Notes under the pieces: generated by a model
What the model was told of the DNA's origin: nothing
What the model saw: only the letters and a program-made list of their open reading frames with translations
Databases searched by the model: none
NCBI GenBank assembly: GCA_963770895.1
Contig: CAVYRF010000001.1
Location: 1,568,001 to 1,632,000, forward strand
DNA: 64,000 nt
From: an uncultured Acidobacteriota bacterium
Lineage (GTDB): Bacteria > Acidobacteriota > Thermoanaerobaculia > Multivoradales > UBA5704
Reading direction: 5' to 3'
Program-made: the position numbers and the translations under genes
Shown: positions 36,701 through 46,202 of the stretch, piece by piece
Position numbering within the stretch: position 1 is the first letter of the stretch
Layout: every line of letters starts with the position of its first letter

Positions 36701-39388
36701 CTGCACGCTCACGATCGAGTCTCCCCCCAGGCGGAAGAAGTTGTCTTCGACGCCCACGCGCGGCAGGCGCAGCACGCCGGCCCAGATCTGCGCCAGCGTC
36801 TGTTCGACCGGGGTGCGCGGCGCCACGTAGCCGGCGGCGGCCGGCGCCGGAGCGGGGAGCGCCCGGCGGTCCACCTTGCCATTGGCGGAGAGCGGCAGCC
36901 GCGGCAGGACGACGCAGGTATCCGGCAGCATGTGGGCCGGCAGCTGCAGCGCCAGGTGCTCGCCGAGCTCCGCCGCCGCGAGGGCCGCCCCTGGCGCCGC
37001 CGCCACCCAGGCCACCAGCCGCCCCTCGAGCTTGGCCACCGCCGCGGCCGCCACCCGCGGGTGGCGGCGCAGGGCGCTCTCGATCTCGCCCAGCTCGATG
37101 CGGAAGCCGCGGATCTTGACCTGACCGTCCTGGCGCCCGAGGAACTCAAGGGCGCCGTCGAGCCGCCAGCGGGCCAGATCGCCGGTGCGGTAGAGGCGCG
37201 CGCCGGGAGCGGCGGCAAAAGGATGCGGCAGGAAGCGCTCGGCCGTCAGGTCGCCACGCCCCAGGTAGCCGCGCGCCAGCCCGGCGCCGCCGACGTACAG
37301 CTCCCCCGCGGCGCCCGCCGGCGCGGGCTCCAGCCGGGAGTCCAGCACCCAGACCTCGGCGTTGGCGATGGGGCGGCCGATGGGGACGCTCTCCAGACGC
37401 TCGTCCCCGGGCAACAGCTCGTGGGCGGTGCAGCCGACCACCGTCTCGGTCGGGCCGTATTCGTTGATCAACCGCCGCCCGCGCCGCCAGCCCAGCCAGG
37501 CGACGGCGCCGCGCCCCAGCGCCTCGCCGCCGATCACCACCACGCGCTCGCCCAGCTCGTCGGCCGAGAGCAGCTGGGCGAGCGCCTCCAGGTGCGCCGG
37601 GGTGAGCTTGAGCAGCGCCGGCCCGCCGGGTTGGCGGAGGGCGGCGGCGAGCGCCTCGATCCCATCTGCCAGAAGCGTCACCGCGCGGCCCGCCAGCAGC
37701 GGCCCCCAAAGGCTGGTCACGGTCAGGTCGAAGCCCAGCGGCGAGCTCACCGCGGCGTCCAGGGCGCCGTAGGCGTCGCGGCACCAGAGCAGGTAGTTGA
37801 CGACGCCGCCGTGGGTCACCGCGACGCCCTTGGGGCGGCCGGTCGAGCCCGAGGTGTACAGGACATAGGCCAGGCTGTCGGCGGTCGCCGCCACCGCCGG
37901 CGGCGCCGGCGGGCAATCGCTCGCCGCCGCCGTCTCCTCCAGGTCCAGGCGCAGGGCCGGCAGCCCGAGATCCGCGCCGTCTCCGTCGCCGCTGAGGACC
38001 AGGGCGACGCCCGCGTCGCGCGCCATCCACTCGCGCCGCGCGCGCGGCAGGGTGCCGTCCAGCGGGACGTAGGCGCCACCCGCCTTGAGTACCGCGAGCA
38101 GCGCCACGATCATCTCCGGCGAGCGGCTGGCGGCGACTCCGACGCGCGACTCCGCGCCGGCGCCGCGGCGCACCAGCTCGCGGGCCAGGCCGTTGGCGCG
38201 CCGATCGATGTCGCCAAAGCTCCACTCCTGTCCGCCGCGGCGCACCGCCGCCGCCTCAGGCCGCCGGCGCGCCGCGGCCTCGAACAGGCCGTGCAGGGTG
38301 GCGGCGGGGTCGCGCTCCACCCGCGCTCCCGCCGCCTGCGCCGCCAGCCACCGGCGCTCGCCGGCGCCGGCGTCGCCGCCGGCAAACCGCTCGAGCAGCC
38401 AGCCGGCGCCGCGGGCGTCGAAGGCTTCCGGGTCGTAATAGAGCGTCGCCCAGGAGCGCTCGGGGGTCCGCACCACGGTCAGGCCGAGCTTCCAATCCTC
38501 GGCGAAACAGTAGAGGTCGACCAGCTCCGGCCCCTGCCAATCGATGCCCTCCCAGCCGATGGGGCGCCGCGCCGCGCCGGCCGGCGATCGTGGCGCCGGC
38601 GGCGATGTCGGCGCCGCGCCGGCCGGCGCCCCGTTGCACGGTCCGAGCGTGTGCCGCAGCTCGTCGAACTCGCGCCCCGGCGTCACCGCCGCGATCGCCG
38701 GGGCCGGCTCGCCGGTGAGCCGCGCCAGCAGCTCCTGCCAGCGCCCCAGGCCGGCCGCCGCGGCGGCCGCCGGCAGCTCGGCCGACGCCGTGGCGATGCG
38801 CTCGCTGCGGGTATCGCGTTCGAGCGGCAGGGTGACGGACCCGGCCGGCTCGGCGGCGGCAGCCGGCCGCCCCTCCTGGTGCAGCCATTCGGAGTACTGG
38901 AGGTGCTGCACCACGTCGGCACCAGGAGGGCTCCCGGCGCAGCAGCCGGCGACGTCCGCCAGCAGGATGCGCAGCGAGTCGCTGTCGGCGGCGAGCGCCG
39001 GCAGGGTGACGACCAGGATGGACGCCGCGCCCTGCCCGGCAGCGTGCGCCCAGCAGGCGCGCAGCAGCGGACCGGCGGCAAAGTCGAACGGCGCCGCCCG
39101 TTCCTCGGCGAGCAAGCGCGGCAGTGCGGCGGCGGCGTCCGCCTCCCGCCAGGCGAAGCTGCCGGCGGCGTGGATCACCTGCATCGGCTCGCTGCGCCCG
39201 GTGGGGACCACGAAGGTGGTGCGCAGCATCTCGTGGCGCTCGACGGCGAACGCGAGGGCGCGGCGCAGCGCCGGCGCGTCGACGCCGCCGGGCAGCCGCA
39301 CCGCGGCCTGCGCGCGGTGCGCTTCGCGATGGCGCCAGGCCCACAGCCGTGCCTGGCGCGGCGAGGCGCGGAACGCTTGCCCGGCCAT
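33767..39388 (-). CDS. NRPS3: I(shortened degenerate C)-A(Asn)-T-E-C
   Basis: LPALAAD replaces HHxxxDG; A domain FDLTVT/LKLTP/NEYGPTETVVG; T motif GGDSI (E-associated type); E domain HHLAVDGVSW, RTVGWFT, FNYLGQ; C domain HHLILDGWS. Confidence 0.92.
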   Translation of the reverse strand: MAGQAFRASPRQARLWAWRHREAHRAQAAVRLPGGVDAPALRRALAFAVERHEMLRTTFVVPTGRSEPMQVIHAAGSFAWREADAAAALPRLLAEERAAPFDFAAGPLLRACWAHAAGQGAASILVVTLPALAADSDSLRILLADVAGCCAGSPPGADVVQHLQYSEWLHQEGRPAAAAEPAGSVTLPLERDTRSERIATASAELPAAAAAAGLGRWQELLARLTGEPAPAIAAVTPGREFDELRHTLGPCNGAPAGAAPTSPPAPRSPAGAARRPIGWEGIDWQGPELVDLYCFAEDWKLGLTVVRTPERSWATLYYDPEAFDARGAGWLLERFAGGDAGAGERRWLAAQAAGARVERDPAATLHGLFEAAARRRPEAAAVRRGGQEWSFGDIDRRANGLARELVRRGAGAESRVGVAASRSPEMIVALLAVLKAGGAYVPLDGTLPRARREWMARDAGVALVLSGDGDGADLGLPALRLDLEETAAASDCPPAPPAVAATADSLAYVLYTSGSTGRPKGVAVTHGGVVNYLLWCRDAYGALDAAVSSPLGFDLTVTSLWGPLLAGRAVTLLADGIEALAAALRQPGGPALLKLTPAHLEALAQLLSADELGERVVVIGGEALGRGAVAWLGWRRGRRLINEYGPTETVVGCTAHELLPGDERLESVPIGRPIANAEVWVLDSRLEPAPAGAAGELYVGGAGLARGYLGRGDLTAERFLPHPFAAAPGARLYRTGDLARWRLDGALEFLGRQDGQVKIRGFRIELGEIESALRRHPRVAAAAVAKLEGRLVAWVAAAPGAALAAAELGEHLALQLPAHMLPDTCVVLPRLPLSANGKVDRRALPAPAPAAAGYVAPRTPVEQTLAQIWAGVLRLPRVGVEDNFFRLGGDSIVSVQIVARARQAGILLTPGDLFHSPTVAALAAMAANAAVTGSAATPAAAAEQGAVQGPVPLTPVQCWFFDTAPPNPSHWNQAVLLRLAAPVGAAVLRRGLDHLLAHHDALRLRFAPGAAGWRQAHAPAGERAALCEIDLAGLGEARQGRALTACARAVQASLDLGRGPLLRAAAFDLGARGRRLMVAVHHLAVDGVSWRVLLDDLQTACRQLLGGAPARLAAKTASFRAWAETLARHAGSPAVTAEMTYWLGESGRAVRPLPVDHPGGDDRVAGGETVETELAADETAALLRGAAETWDGAIDAVLLAALARAFAAWTGERTLVVDREWHGRADLDGMDVSRTVGWFTVRAPLALDLPAAGDALDAVRAVRESLRRLPRQGLGYGLLRYGRPHSDVAAALRERPPAQVSFNYLGQLDRALGEAPLFDLADEPIGSPQDERGRLTHLFQVNARVAGGRLRAAWAFSRNLYDRSTVAALAAGFVGELRRLAEASRPDAAPRGGWVEGAESEDAYALSPLQQGVLFEVLHRGEPGLYVVQLTCSIDGALDVQALTRAWQGAVARHPALRTAFDWSGAGEPLQRVHHQATVPLASHDWRGLDAAQLAGRWERLLADDRVRGFDLAAAPLLRLHLVRTAGDAWRLVWTSHHLILDGWSNGLVLADVFTGYAAALEGSGLQAAPAPPFRGYVDWLRRRDLGAAERYWRRRLAGWHARGRLRFDRAPAAGRPAAGASHRKQERRIDIGAVERLARLGRERQLTLNTLVQGAWALVLAHFMERREVLFGTVVAGRPAELPGSDRMVGLFINTLPVRVAVAGDEPLMAWLARLQAEQVEMRRHEHAPLPRVRSWSEVPAGEPLFETLFVFENYPLDQAVAATVAGLRIGEVELRLTESYPLVLTVRARGELDCFIRYDEDRFDAEHAALLLDALAAVCDGLPAWQDAPIGEVAATALAGHERRRYAEAARGRLGTSRRRPVTAPAGAPEE

Positions 39389-39392
39389 GGCT

Positions 39393-42300
39393 TCAGAAGC
39401 TCCTCATGTCGCCCATCGCCACCAGCATCCGGCGCGGCCCCTGGTAGGCGTTGCGGCCGTGCGCGGTCAGCATGTTGTCGACCAGCAGCATGTCGCCGCG
39501 CTGCCAGGGGACGACGACCTCGATGCTGCGATAGACCGCCAGGATCTCGCCCATGTCATCGTCGGCGATCGGCGAGCCGTCGCCGTAGCAGCAGTTGCGG
39601 GGAAAATCTTCGGGCGGGAAGAGAGCGGCCATCGACTGGCGGGTTTCGGGGTCCAGGCACGACGGGTGCCAGTGCTGGGCCTGGTTGAACCAGCAGCTCT
39701 CGCCGGTCACCGGATGGCGCAGCACCGCTGGCCTCACCGCCACGGTGCGCAGGCTGTCGCCGGGCCGCCACTCGCAGCCCATGCGGCCTTGCCGGCAGTA
39801 CGCCTCGGCTTCCTCCCGGCGCTCCGTCCCCAGCACCTTCTGCCAGCTCAGACCGAGCTCCGGCCGGTAGGTTCTGATGTACATCACGCCGCGTTCCGTG
39901 AAGCGGTCGCGCAGGCGCGCCGGCAGGCGGCGGTAGACCTCGCGGCTGTCGGCGAGCGGCATCTCGCCGCCCGCGGCCGCTGGCACGGCGCAGCCGAACC
40001 AGATCTGCCCCGGCCACTGGTGATTGAAAGAGTTTTCGTTGTGCCACAGGAGCACCTTGGCGGGCGAAAAGGCGACGGGCGTGTAGACCTTGCCGCTCAC
40101 CGATTCGCGGTGGTGCTCGCCGTTTTCGTCGTAGAGCGGCGAAGTGAGCGTCTCGGCCACGGGCTCGAAGTCGGCTTCGGGATCCACCGGAAAGCCGCGA
40201 AACAGGACGGCGCCGTGGCGCGCCAGCTGAGCGCGGACCAGGTCGCGGTTGGCGGCGGCCCAACCTGCCAGGTCGACGCCCGGACCGAGCGGGCGCACCA
40301 CCAGCGGCAGCGAGGCGCCGGGCACGAGCGGCGCCGTGTCGATCAGGTCCGCGGCGTCCAGACTGACGGGTTTGGGGGTGACCAGCTTGAATGTCATCGG
40401 TTTCGCTCCTTGCCCTGCGCAGGGTGACGCCAGCGCCGTCCGCGCGATCTCCGCCAGGCTCGCCTCGGGATGCGCCAGAGCCTCGTCCAGGACGCGGACG
40501 AAGCCGTCCAGCAAGGCGGCGACGTCGGCGGCGGCGAAGCGCTCCGGGTCGTACATCGCCTCGCATCCGTAGGGGTCGCTGGGGACGACGGTCAGGGTCA
40601 GCGGGAAGTTGTTCTGATCGAAGCCGCGCAGGTCGGTGAAGCGCACCTGCAGGCGCTCGTCCAGCTCCGCCCCGGCGCGGCTGAGGGAGGGAAAGTTCTC
40701 GAACACGAAAAGGGTGTCGAAGAGCGGCTCGCCGGCGGGCAGCTCGCTCCAGGGCTGGATGGCGGCGAGCGGGGTGTGCTCGAACTGCCGCATCTCGACC
40801 TGCTCGGCCTGCAGGCGCCGCAGCCAGGGGACCAGCGGCTCGCCGCCGTCGACCGCGACGCGCGCCGGCAGGGTGTTGATGAACAGGCCCACCATGCGCT
40901 CGACCTCCGGCAGGGCGGCCGGCCGGCCGGCGACGACCGTGCCGTAGACCAGGTCGCGCGCGCCGGCGGCGCCGGCCAGGACCAGCGCCCAGACCCCCTG
41001 GAGAACGCTGTAGACGGTGAGCTGACGCTCGCGGGCGAAGCGCGCCAGGGAAGCGGTGGCCGCCGCCGTCAGCCGCCGGCGCTCCTTGCGATCGCTGGCG
41101 CCGGCGGTGGCGCGGCCGGCGCCGGCGCCGCGGTCGATGCGCAGGCGGTTGCGCGCGGCAAATCCGGCCAGACGCCGGCGCCAGAATCGTTCCGCCTCGC
41201 CCAGGTCCTGGCCGGCGAGCCAGGCGACGTAGTCGCGGTACGGGCGCACCGCCCCCAGCGACGGGCTCAAGCCGCGCGCCAGCGCCTCGTAGGCGGCGAA
41301 CATCTCGTCCAGCACCACCGGTCGCGACCAGCCGTCCAGGATGATGTGATGATTGGTCCACACCGCCTGGTGCAGATCGTCCGCCAGCTGCAGCAGGCTG
41401 AGCCGCATCAAGGGCGCCGCGGCGAGGTCGAAGCCGCGCGCGCGGTCGGCGGCGAGAAAAAGGTCGATGCGGCGCTCGCGCTCGCTCGCCGGCACGCCGC
41501 GCCAGTCGTGGCGTTCGACGCGCAGGTCCACCTGGCGATGGACGACCTGCAGCGGCTCGTGGCCGCCGTGCCAGTCGCAGGCGGTGCGCAGCGCCGGGTG
41601 CCGTTCGACGACCAGGCGCCAGGCGCGCTCGAAGGCCGCGGCGTCGAGCGCGCCGGTGACGCGGCAGGTGACCTGCTCGACGTAGACGCCGGTTTCGCCG
41701 GCGTGCAGGGCGTGAAACAGGATCCCCTGCTGCAGCGGCGTGAGCGGATAGGAGTCCGCCAGGCCGCGCGCCGCGCTGCCGACGCCCGCCAGGCGCCGCA
41801 GCTCGGCGGCGAAGCGGGCGGCATGGCCCGCGATGGTTTGGCGGCGGTGCAGATTGCGGCTGAAGGTCCAGGTCGCGCGCAGCCGGCCGGCGCTGACGCG
41901 GGCGGTGATCTGCAGCAGGTGGGTGCGCAGGCCGCGCTCGTCCTGCGGCGGGCCGGTGGGCTCGTCGGCGAGCGCGAAGAGCGCGCCGTCGCCGGCACTG
42001 GCGCCGGCTTGGCCGTCGATCTGGCCGAGATAGTTGAAGCTCACCTGCGGCCGCACCGCCGGCCGCTGCCCGGCTGCCTGGAGGGCGCGCCGCACGGTTT
42101 CGCGGACGGCGGCCAGGGTGGCCGCGGCGTCGGCGTCGGCGAGCGTCGCCGGCAGCTCGACCGGCACGCGGGCGGTGAACCAGCCGACGGTGCGCGACGT
42201 GTCGAGGTCGGGAAAGGCGCCGCGGCCATGGCCCTCGACGTCCACCCAGAGCGGGCGGTCGCCGCTCCAGGGCGCCAGCGCCAGGACCAGCGCCGCGAGC

Positions 42301-45300
42301 ATCGCGTCGCGCATCTCCTGCAGCAGGGCGCCGGTCTCCGCCGCCGTCAGCTCGACCTCGACCAGGTCGTTCGACCCCACCGTGTTGGCGCCTGCCGGAT
42401 GATCGAGCGGCAGCGGCGCGATCTGCCGCGGGGCGTCGCCGGGCGGTGCGCTTCCCGGCTCGCCGCCCTGCTGCCGGTTGCGCTCGGCCCACAGCTCGGC
42501 CCAGCGCCGGTAGGAGGCGGTCCTGGCGGGCAGCGCGACGGGCTCGCCGCGCTGCAGCTGCGCGCTGGCGGTTTCCAGGTCTTCGATCAGGATGCGCCAC
42601 GAGACCGCGTCCACCACCAGGTGGTGGATGACCAGCAGCAGGCGGCGGCCGCGCGCGCCGAGGTCGAACAGCGCGGCGCGCAGCAGCGGCCCGCTGCCGA
42701 TGTCGAGGCCGGCCTGGGTCTCGCGGCCGAGCGCGGCCAGCGCCCGGTCCTGGGCCGCGGCGTCTTGCGCGGCCAGGTCGTGCTGGGCGATGGGCGGGGT
42801 TTGCGCGGACTCGCCGGCATCGGCGCAGGTCTGCTCCCAGCCGGCGGCGCCAAGGTGAAAGCGCAGGCGCAGGGCGTCGTGGTGCGCCAGCAGCTGATCC
42901 AGGGCGCGCCGCAGGAGCACGGCGGGAAGGGGCCTGGCCAGGCGCAGCAGGATCGCCTGGTTCCAGTGGTTGGGATTGACCGCCTGGAGATCGAAGAACC
43001 ACCGCTGGATGGGGGTGAGCGGCAGCGGCCCGGCGGCGGCCTGCGGTGCCGCCGCGGGCTCCGCCGCCGCGCCGTCGGCGACGGCCGCCAGCCCGGCGAT
43101 CGTGGGATGCAGGAAGATCTGCATCGGCGTCAGCCGCAAACCGGCCTGATGCGCCCGCGCGATGATCTGGATGCTGAGGATCGAATCGCCGCCCAAGGCG
43201 AAGAAGCTGTCCTCGACTCCGACCTCCGGCAGCCGCAGCACGCCAGCCCAGATCTGCGCCAGGATCGTTTCGGTCGGCGTGCGCGGTGCGATGTGGGCGG
43301 CGGCGGCCGCCGCCGCCGCGGTGGGCTCGGGCAGCGCCCGGCGGTCCAACTTGCCATTGGCGGTGCGCGGCAGCTCCGGCAGGAAGACCAGGGCAGCGGG
43401 TAGCATGGGTTCCGGCAACGTCCGCTCCAGGTGCTCGCGCAGTGCGTCGGCGGTGAGCGCGCCGTCGGCTGCCACCCAGGCCACCAGCCGCCCCTGCCGC
43501 GCCGCCGCCGCCGCCGCCCGCACTTGCGGATGGCGCAGCAGCGCCGCCTCGATCTCGCCCGGCTCGACGCGATAGCCGCGGATCTTCACCTGGTCGTCGC
43601 GCCGGCCGAGGAACTCGAGCTGGCCGCCGGCGCCGTGGCGCGCCAGGTCGCCGGTCCGATACAGGCGCTCCCCGGCCGCGCCGCAGGGGTGCGGCACGAA
43701 CCGCTCCGCCGTCAGGTCGCCGCGGCCGACGTAGCCGCGCGCCACGCCCGCGCCGCCGGCATGGAGCTCGCCCGTCACGCCCGCCGGCAGCGGCTCCAGG
43801 TTGTGGTCCAGCACCAGGGCGATCGCGTTGGCCAGCGGGCGGCCGAGCGGCACGACGTCGCCGCCGGGCGGCGGCGGCAGGCGGCCGGCGACCACGCCCA
43901 CCGTCGTCTCGGTGGGACCGTAGTGGTTGAACACCTCGCACCGTGGTGCGAGCGCCGCGATCTGCCGCGCCAGCGCCGGCGGCAGAACCTCGCCGCCCAT
44001 CACCAGGAACCGGCGCGGCAGGCTGCGGCGCGATTGCAGCAGGGCTGCCATGTGCGACGGCACGATCTTGACCGCGTCGACGGCGTGCCGCTCCAGGTAG
44101 GCGGCGTAGCGCTCCGCGTCGGCGGCGTCGGCGCGCGGTACCAGGTGCAGCGTGCCGCCTGTCAGCAGGCTGGGAAACACCATGGTGTTGCACAGGTCTG
44201 CCGCCAGGGTCGACACCACGGCAAAGCACAGCCCCTCCGGCAAGGCCAGCAGCTCGCGCACCGCCTCGCAGTAGCTGGCGAGCGCCGCGTGCGGCACGCC
44301 GACCGCCTTGGGGGCGCCGGTCGATCCCGAGGTGAACAGCACGTAGCAGAGGTTCTCCGGCGCCGCCTCGCCTCCCTGGTGCGGCGGCGCGGCTTGCGGG
44401 CGGGGGAGCCGGGGGGCGCGGCGCTGCGGCCGGACCGCCGGCGCCAGGTCGTCGACCCAGACCAGCGGCAGGCCGGTCGCGGGCAGGCGCTCGGCCAGCG
44501 CCCGCTCGGCGACCACGCAGCGGGCTCCCGCCGCCGCCAGCTGCTCGCCCAGGCGGTCCGGCGGCGCCTGCTCGTCGAGGGGGGCGTAGGCGCCGCCGGT
44601 CTTGAGGATGCCCAGCATGCCCGCCACCCACGCCGGCGAGCGCGAGGCGAGCAGACCGGCCACGGCGTCGGGCCCCAGGGCGTGCTCGGCCGCCAGGCGG
44701 CGGGCGATGGCGGCAGCCCAGGCGTCCAGCTCGCCGTAGGTGAGCGCGCCGGCGTCGCCGGCGACGGCGACGCGATCGGGGGTGCGCAAGGCCTGCTCCT
44801 CGATCCGCCGGTGCAGCGGCCGGCGGTCGGCGCCGGGCCGCTGCGGGCCGGCCGCCGCCGCCAGCGCCGCCCGGCGATCCTCGTCGCCGAGCAGCCGCAT
44901 GCCGGCGCCGGGCGCCGCGGGGGTGCACGCCGCGCTCGCGGCGAGGGTTTGCAGGCAGCGCGCAAAGAGCGCCGCGGCCTCGCCGTCGACGCGGCCGCGG
45001 TCGTGGCGCAGCTCCGCCCGCAGCGCGCCGCCGGAGCGGACGGCGAGGAGCTTGAGCGCGGCGCCCGCGGGGCCGGCCTGCACCCGCTCCACGGCAAAGC
45101 GGGCGCCGGCGCTGGCGATCGCCGCGGGGAGCTCCAGGTACTCGAATTCGTACGCTGCCGCGGCGGCGTTCGGCTCCTCCAGCGGCAGGTGTTCCACCAG
45201 CCCGGCAAGGGCGTCGAGCCGGACCGCGATGGCGGCGGCGAGAGCGCTGAAACTGCCATCGAGATCCAGCTCCAGGCAGAGCGGCAGGCGCCGCGCATAG

Positions 45301-46202
45301 GCCCCGAACGCCGCCCCCAGCTGCTCGTCGCGGCCGCTCGCCACGTAGGCGAGCCGCAACGCGCCGCCGTCGCCGCCGCCGCCGCCGTCGAAACGCTGCA
45401 GGAGCGTCGCCCAGACCGCGAGCAGCGCCGCTTCCCCGGCGGCGCCGGCACCCGCCAGGTCGAATCGCACCGTGCCGAGCAGGCCGCCGCCGGCCGGCGG
45501 CGCCGCGTCGTCCGGCTCTGCCGTGCCGCCGCGCCGCGCGCCGCGCAGCGCCGGCCGGCAGAGGGGGCGCGGCGCGATCCGCGTGTTCTCTTCCCAATAC
45601 CGCTGCGCCGCTTCGCCGGGGCCCGCCTGCCCAGCGCCGCCGGCGTCCAGCTCTTCCTGCCAGGCGGCGTAGTCGGCGTACTGGATGGCGCTCTCCGCGT
45701 CCGCGTCCGCGGCGCCGCCGTAGGCCCGCGCGATCGCACTACCCAGCAGCGACGCGGTCCTGGCGTCGGCGCAGAGTCCCGGCAGGCTGAGCAGCAGGGC
45801 GTGGCGGCCGGCTGGCAGGCGCAGCAGCCCGGCGCGCAGGGGCGGTTCCTCCGGCGGGCCGGGCGGCCGCGCCGCCTCGCTGTCGAACAGATCCGCGACC
45901 GCCGTCGCGGCGTTCGCCGCCGAGGCGGCGGTCAGGTCGCGCTCCCACCAGCTGAAGTCGGGGGCCTCGCGGAACTCCTGCAGCGGAAAGCGCAGCCCGG
46001 GGTGGTCGAGGAAGACGGCGCGCAGGATCTCCTGGCGGCCCACCACCTCCCCCAGGGCGGCGCGCAACGCGGCCGCGTCGAGAGCCCCCGCGATCTCGAG
46101 CAGGCAGACGGTGCGCGGCACGAGGTCGGGCCCGCCGCTCGCGACGCAGAGGGCGCGCTGCTGGGTCGACAGGCGGTAGCCCTGGACCAGGTCGGTGGTC
46201 AC
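39393..46202 (-). CDS. NRPS2: I-A(Asp)-T-E-C-TauD-like beta-hydroxylase
   Basis: GTG start overlapping the TauD stop; LPGLCAD degenerate C; A domain ADLCNT/VKIVPSH/NHYGPTETTVG; T motif GGDSI; E HHLVVDAVSW, EGHGR; C HHIILDGWS; C-terminal dioxygenase WHNENSF...AHGRNAY. Confidence 0.92.
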   Translation of the reverse strand: MTTDLVQGYRLSTQQRALCVASGGPDLVPRTVCLLEIAGALDAAALRAALGEVVGRQEILRAVFLDHPGLRFPLQEFREAPDFSWWERDLTAASAANAATAVADLFDSEAARPPGPPEEPPLRAGLLRLPAGRHALLLSLPGLCADARTASLLGSAIARAYGGAADADAESAIQYADYAAWQEELDAGGAGQAGPGEAAQRYWEENTRIAPRPLCRPALRGARRGGTAEPDDAAPPAGGGLLGTVRFDLAGAGAAGEAALLAVWATLLQRFDGGGGGDGGALRLAYVASGRDEQLGAAFGAYARRLPLCLELDLDGSFSALAAAIAVRLDALAGLVEHLPLEEPNAAAAAYEFEYLELPAAIASAGARFAVERVQAGPAGAALKLLAVRSGGALRAELRHDRGRVDGEAAALFARCLQTLAASAACTPAAPGAGMRLLGDEDRRAALAAAAGPQRPGADRRPLHRRIEEQALRTPDRVAVAGDAGALTYGELDAWAAAIARRLAAEHALGPDAVAGLLASRSPAWVAGMLGILKTGGAYAPLDEQAPPDRLGEQLAAAGARCVVAERALAERLPATGLPLVWVDDLAPAVRPQRRAPRLPRPQAAPPHQGGEAAPENLCYVLFTSGSTGAPKAVGVPHAALASYCEAVRELLALPEGLCFAVVSTLAADLCNTMVFPSLLTGGTLHLVPRADAADAERYAAYLERHAVDAVKIVPSHMAALLQSRRSLPRRFLVMGGEVLPPALARQIAALAPRCEVFNHYGPTETTVGVVAGRLPPPPGGDVVPLGRPLANAIALVLDHNLEPLPAGVTGELHAGGAGVARGYVGRGDLTAERFVPHPCGAAGERLYRTGDLARHGAGGQLEFLGRRDDQVKIRGYRVEPGEIEAALLRHPQVRAAAAAARQGRLVAWVAADGALTADALREHLERTLPEPMLPAALVFLPELPRTANGKLDRRALPEPTAAAAAAAAHIAPRTPTETILAQIWAGVLRLPEVGVEDSFFALGGDSILSIQIIARAHQAGLRLTPMQIFLHPTIAGLAAVADGAAAEPAAAPQAAAGPLPLTPIQRWFFDLQAVNPNHWNQAILLRLARPLPAVLLRRALDQLLAHHDALRLRFHLGAAGWEQTCADAGESAQTPPIAQHDLAAQDAAAQDRALAALGRETQAGLDIGSGPLLRAALFDLGARGRRLLLVIHHLVVDAVSWRILIEDLETASAQLQRGEPVALPARTASYRRWAELWAERNRQQGGEPGSAPPGDAPRQIAPLPLDHPAGANTVGSNDLVEVELTAAETGALLQEMRDAMLAALVLALAPWSGDRPLWVDVEGHGRGAFPDLDTSRTVGWFTARVPVELPATLADADAAATLAAVRETVRRALQAAGQRPAVRPQVSFNYLGQIDGQAGASAGDGALFALADEPTGPPQDERGLRTHLLQITARVSAGRLRATWTFSRNLHRRQTIAGHAARFAAELRRLAGVGSAARGLADSYPLTPLQQGILFHALHAGETGVYVEQVTCRVTGALDAAAFERAWRLVVERHPALRTACDWHGGHEPLQVVHRQVDLRVERHDWRGVPASERERRIDLFLAADRARGFDLAAAPLMRLSLLQLADDLHQAVWTNHHIILDGWSRPVVLDEMFAAYEALARGLSPSLGAVRPYRDYVAWLAGQDLGEAERFWRRRLAGFAARNRLRIDRGAGAGRATAGASDRKERRRLTAAATASLARFARERQLTVYSVLQGVWALVLAGAAGARDLVYGTVVAGRPAALPEVERMVGLFINTLPARVAVDGGEPLVPWLRRLQAEQVEMRQFEHTPLAAIQPWSELPAGEPLFDTLFVFENFPSLSRAGAELDERLQVRFTDLRGFDQNNFPLTLTVVPSDPYGCEAMYDPERFAAADVAALLDGFVRVLDEALAHPEASLAEIARTALASPCAGQGAKPMTFKLVTPKPVSLDAADLIDTAPLVPGASLPLVVRPLGPGVDLAGWAAANRDLVRAQLARHGAVLFRGFPVDPEADFEPVAETLTSPLYDENGEHHRESVSGKVYTPVAFSPAKVLLWHNENSFNHQWPGQIWFGCAVPAAAGGEMPLADSREVYRRLPARLRDRFTERGVMYIRTYRPELGLSWQKVLGTERREEAEAYCRQGRMGCEWRPGDSLRTVAVRPAVLRHPVTGESCWFNQAQHWHPSCLDPETRQSMAALFPPEDFPRNCCYGDGSPIADDDMGEILAVYRSIEVVVPWQRGDMLLVDNMLTAHGRNAYQGPRRMLVAMGDMRSF

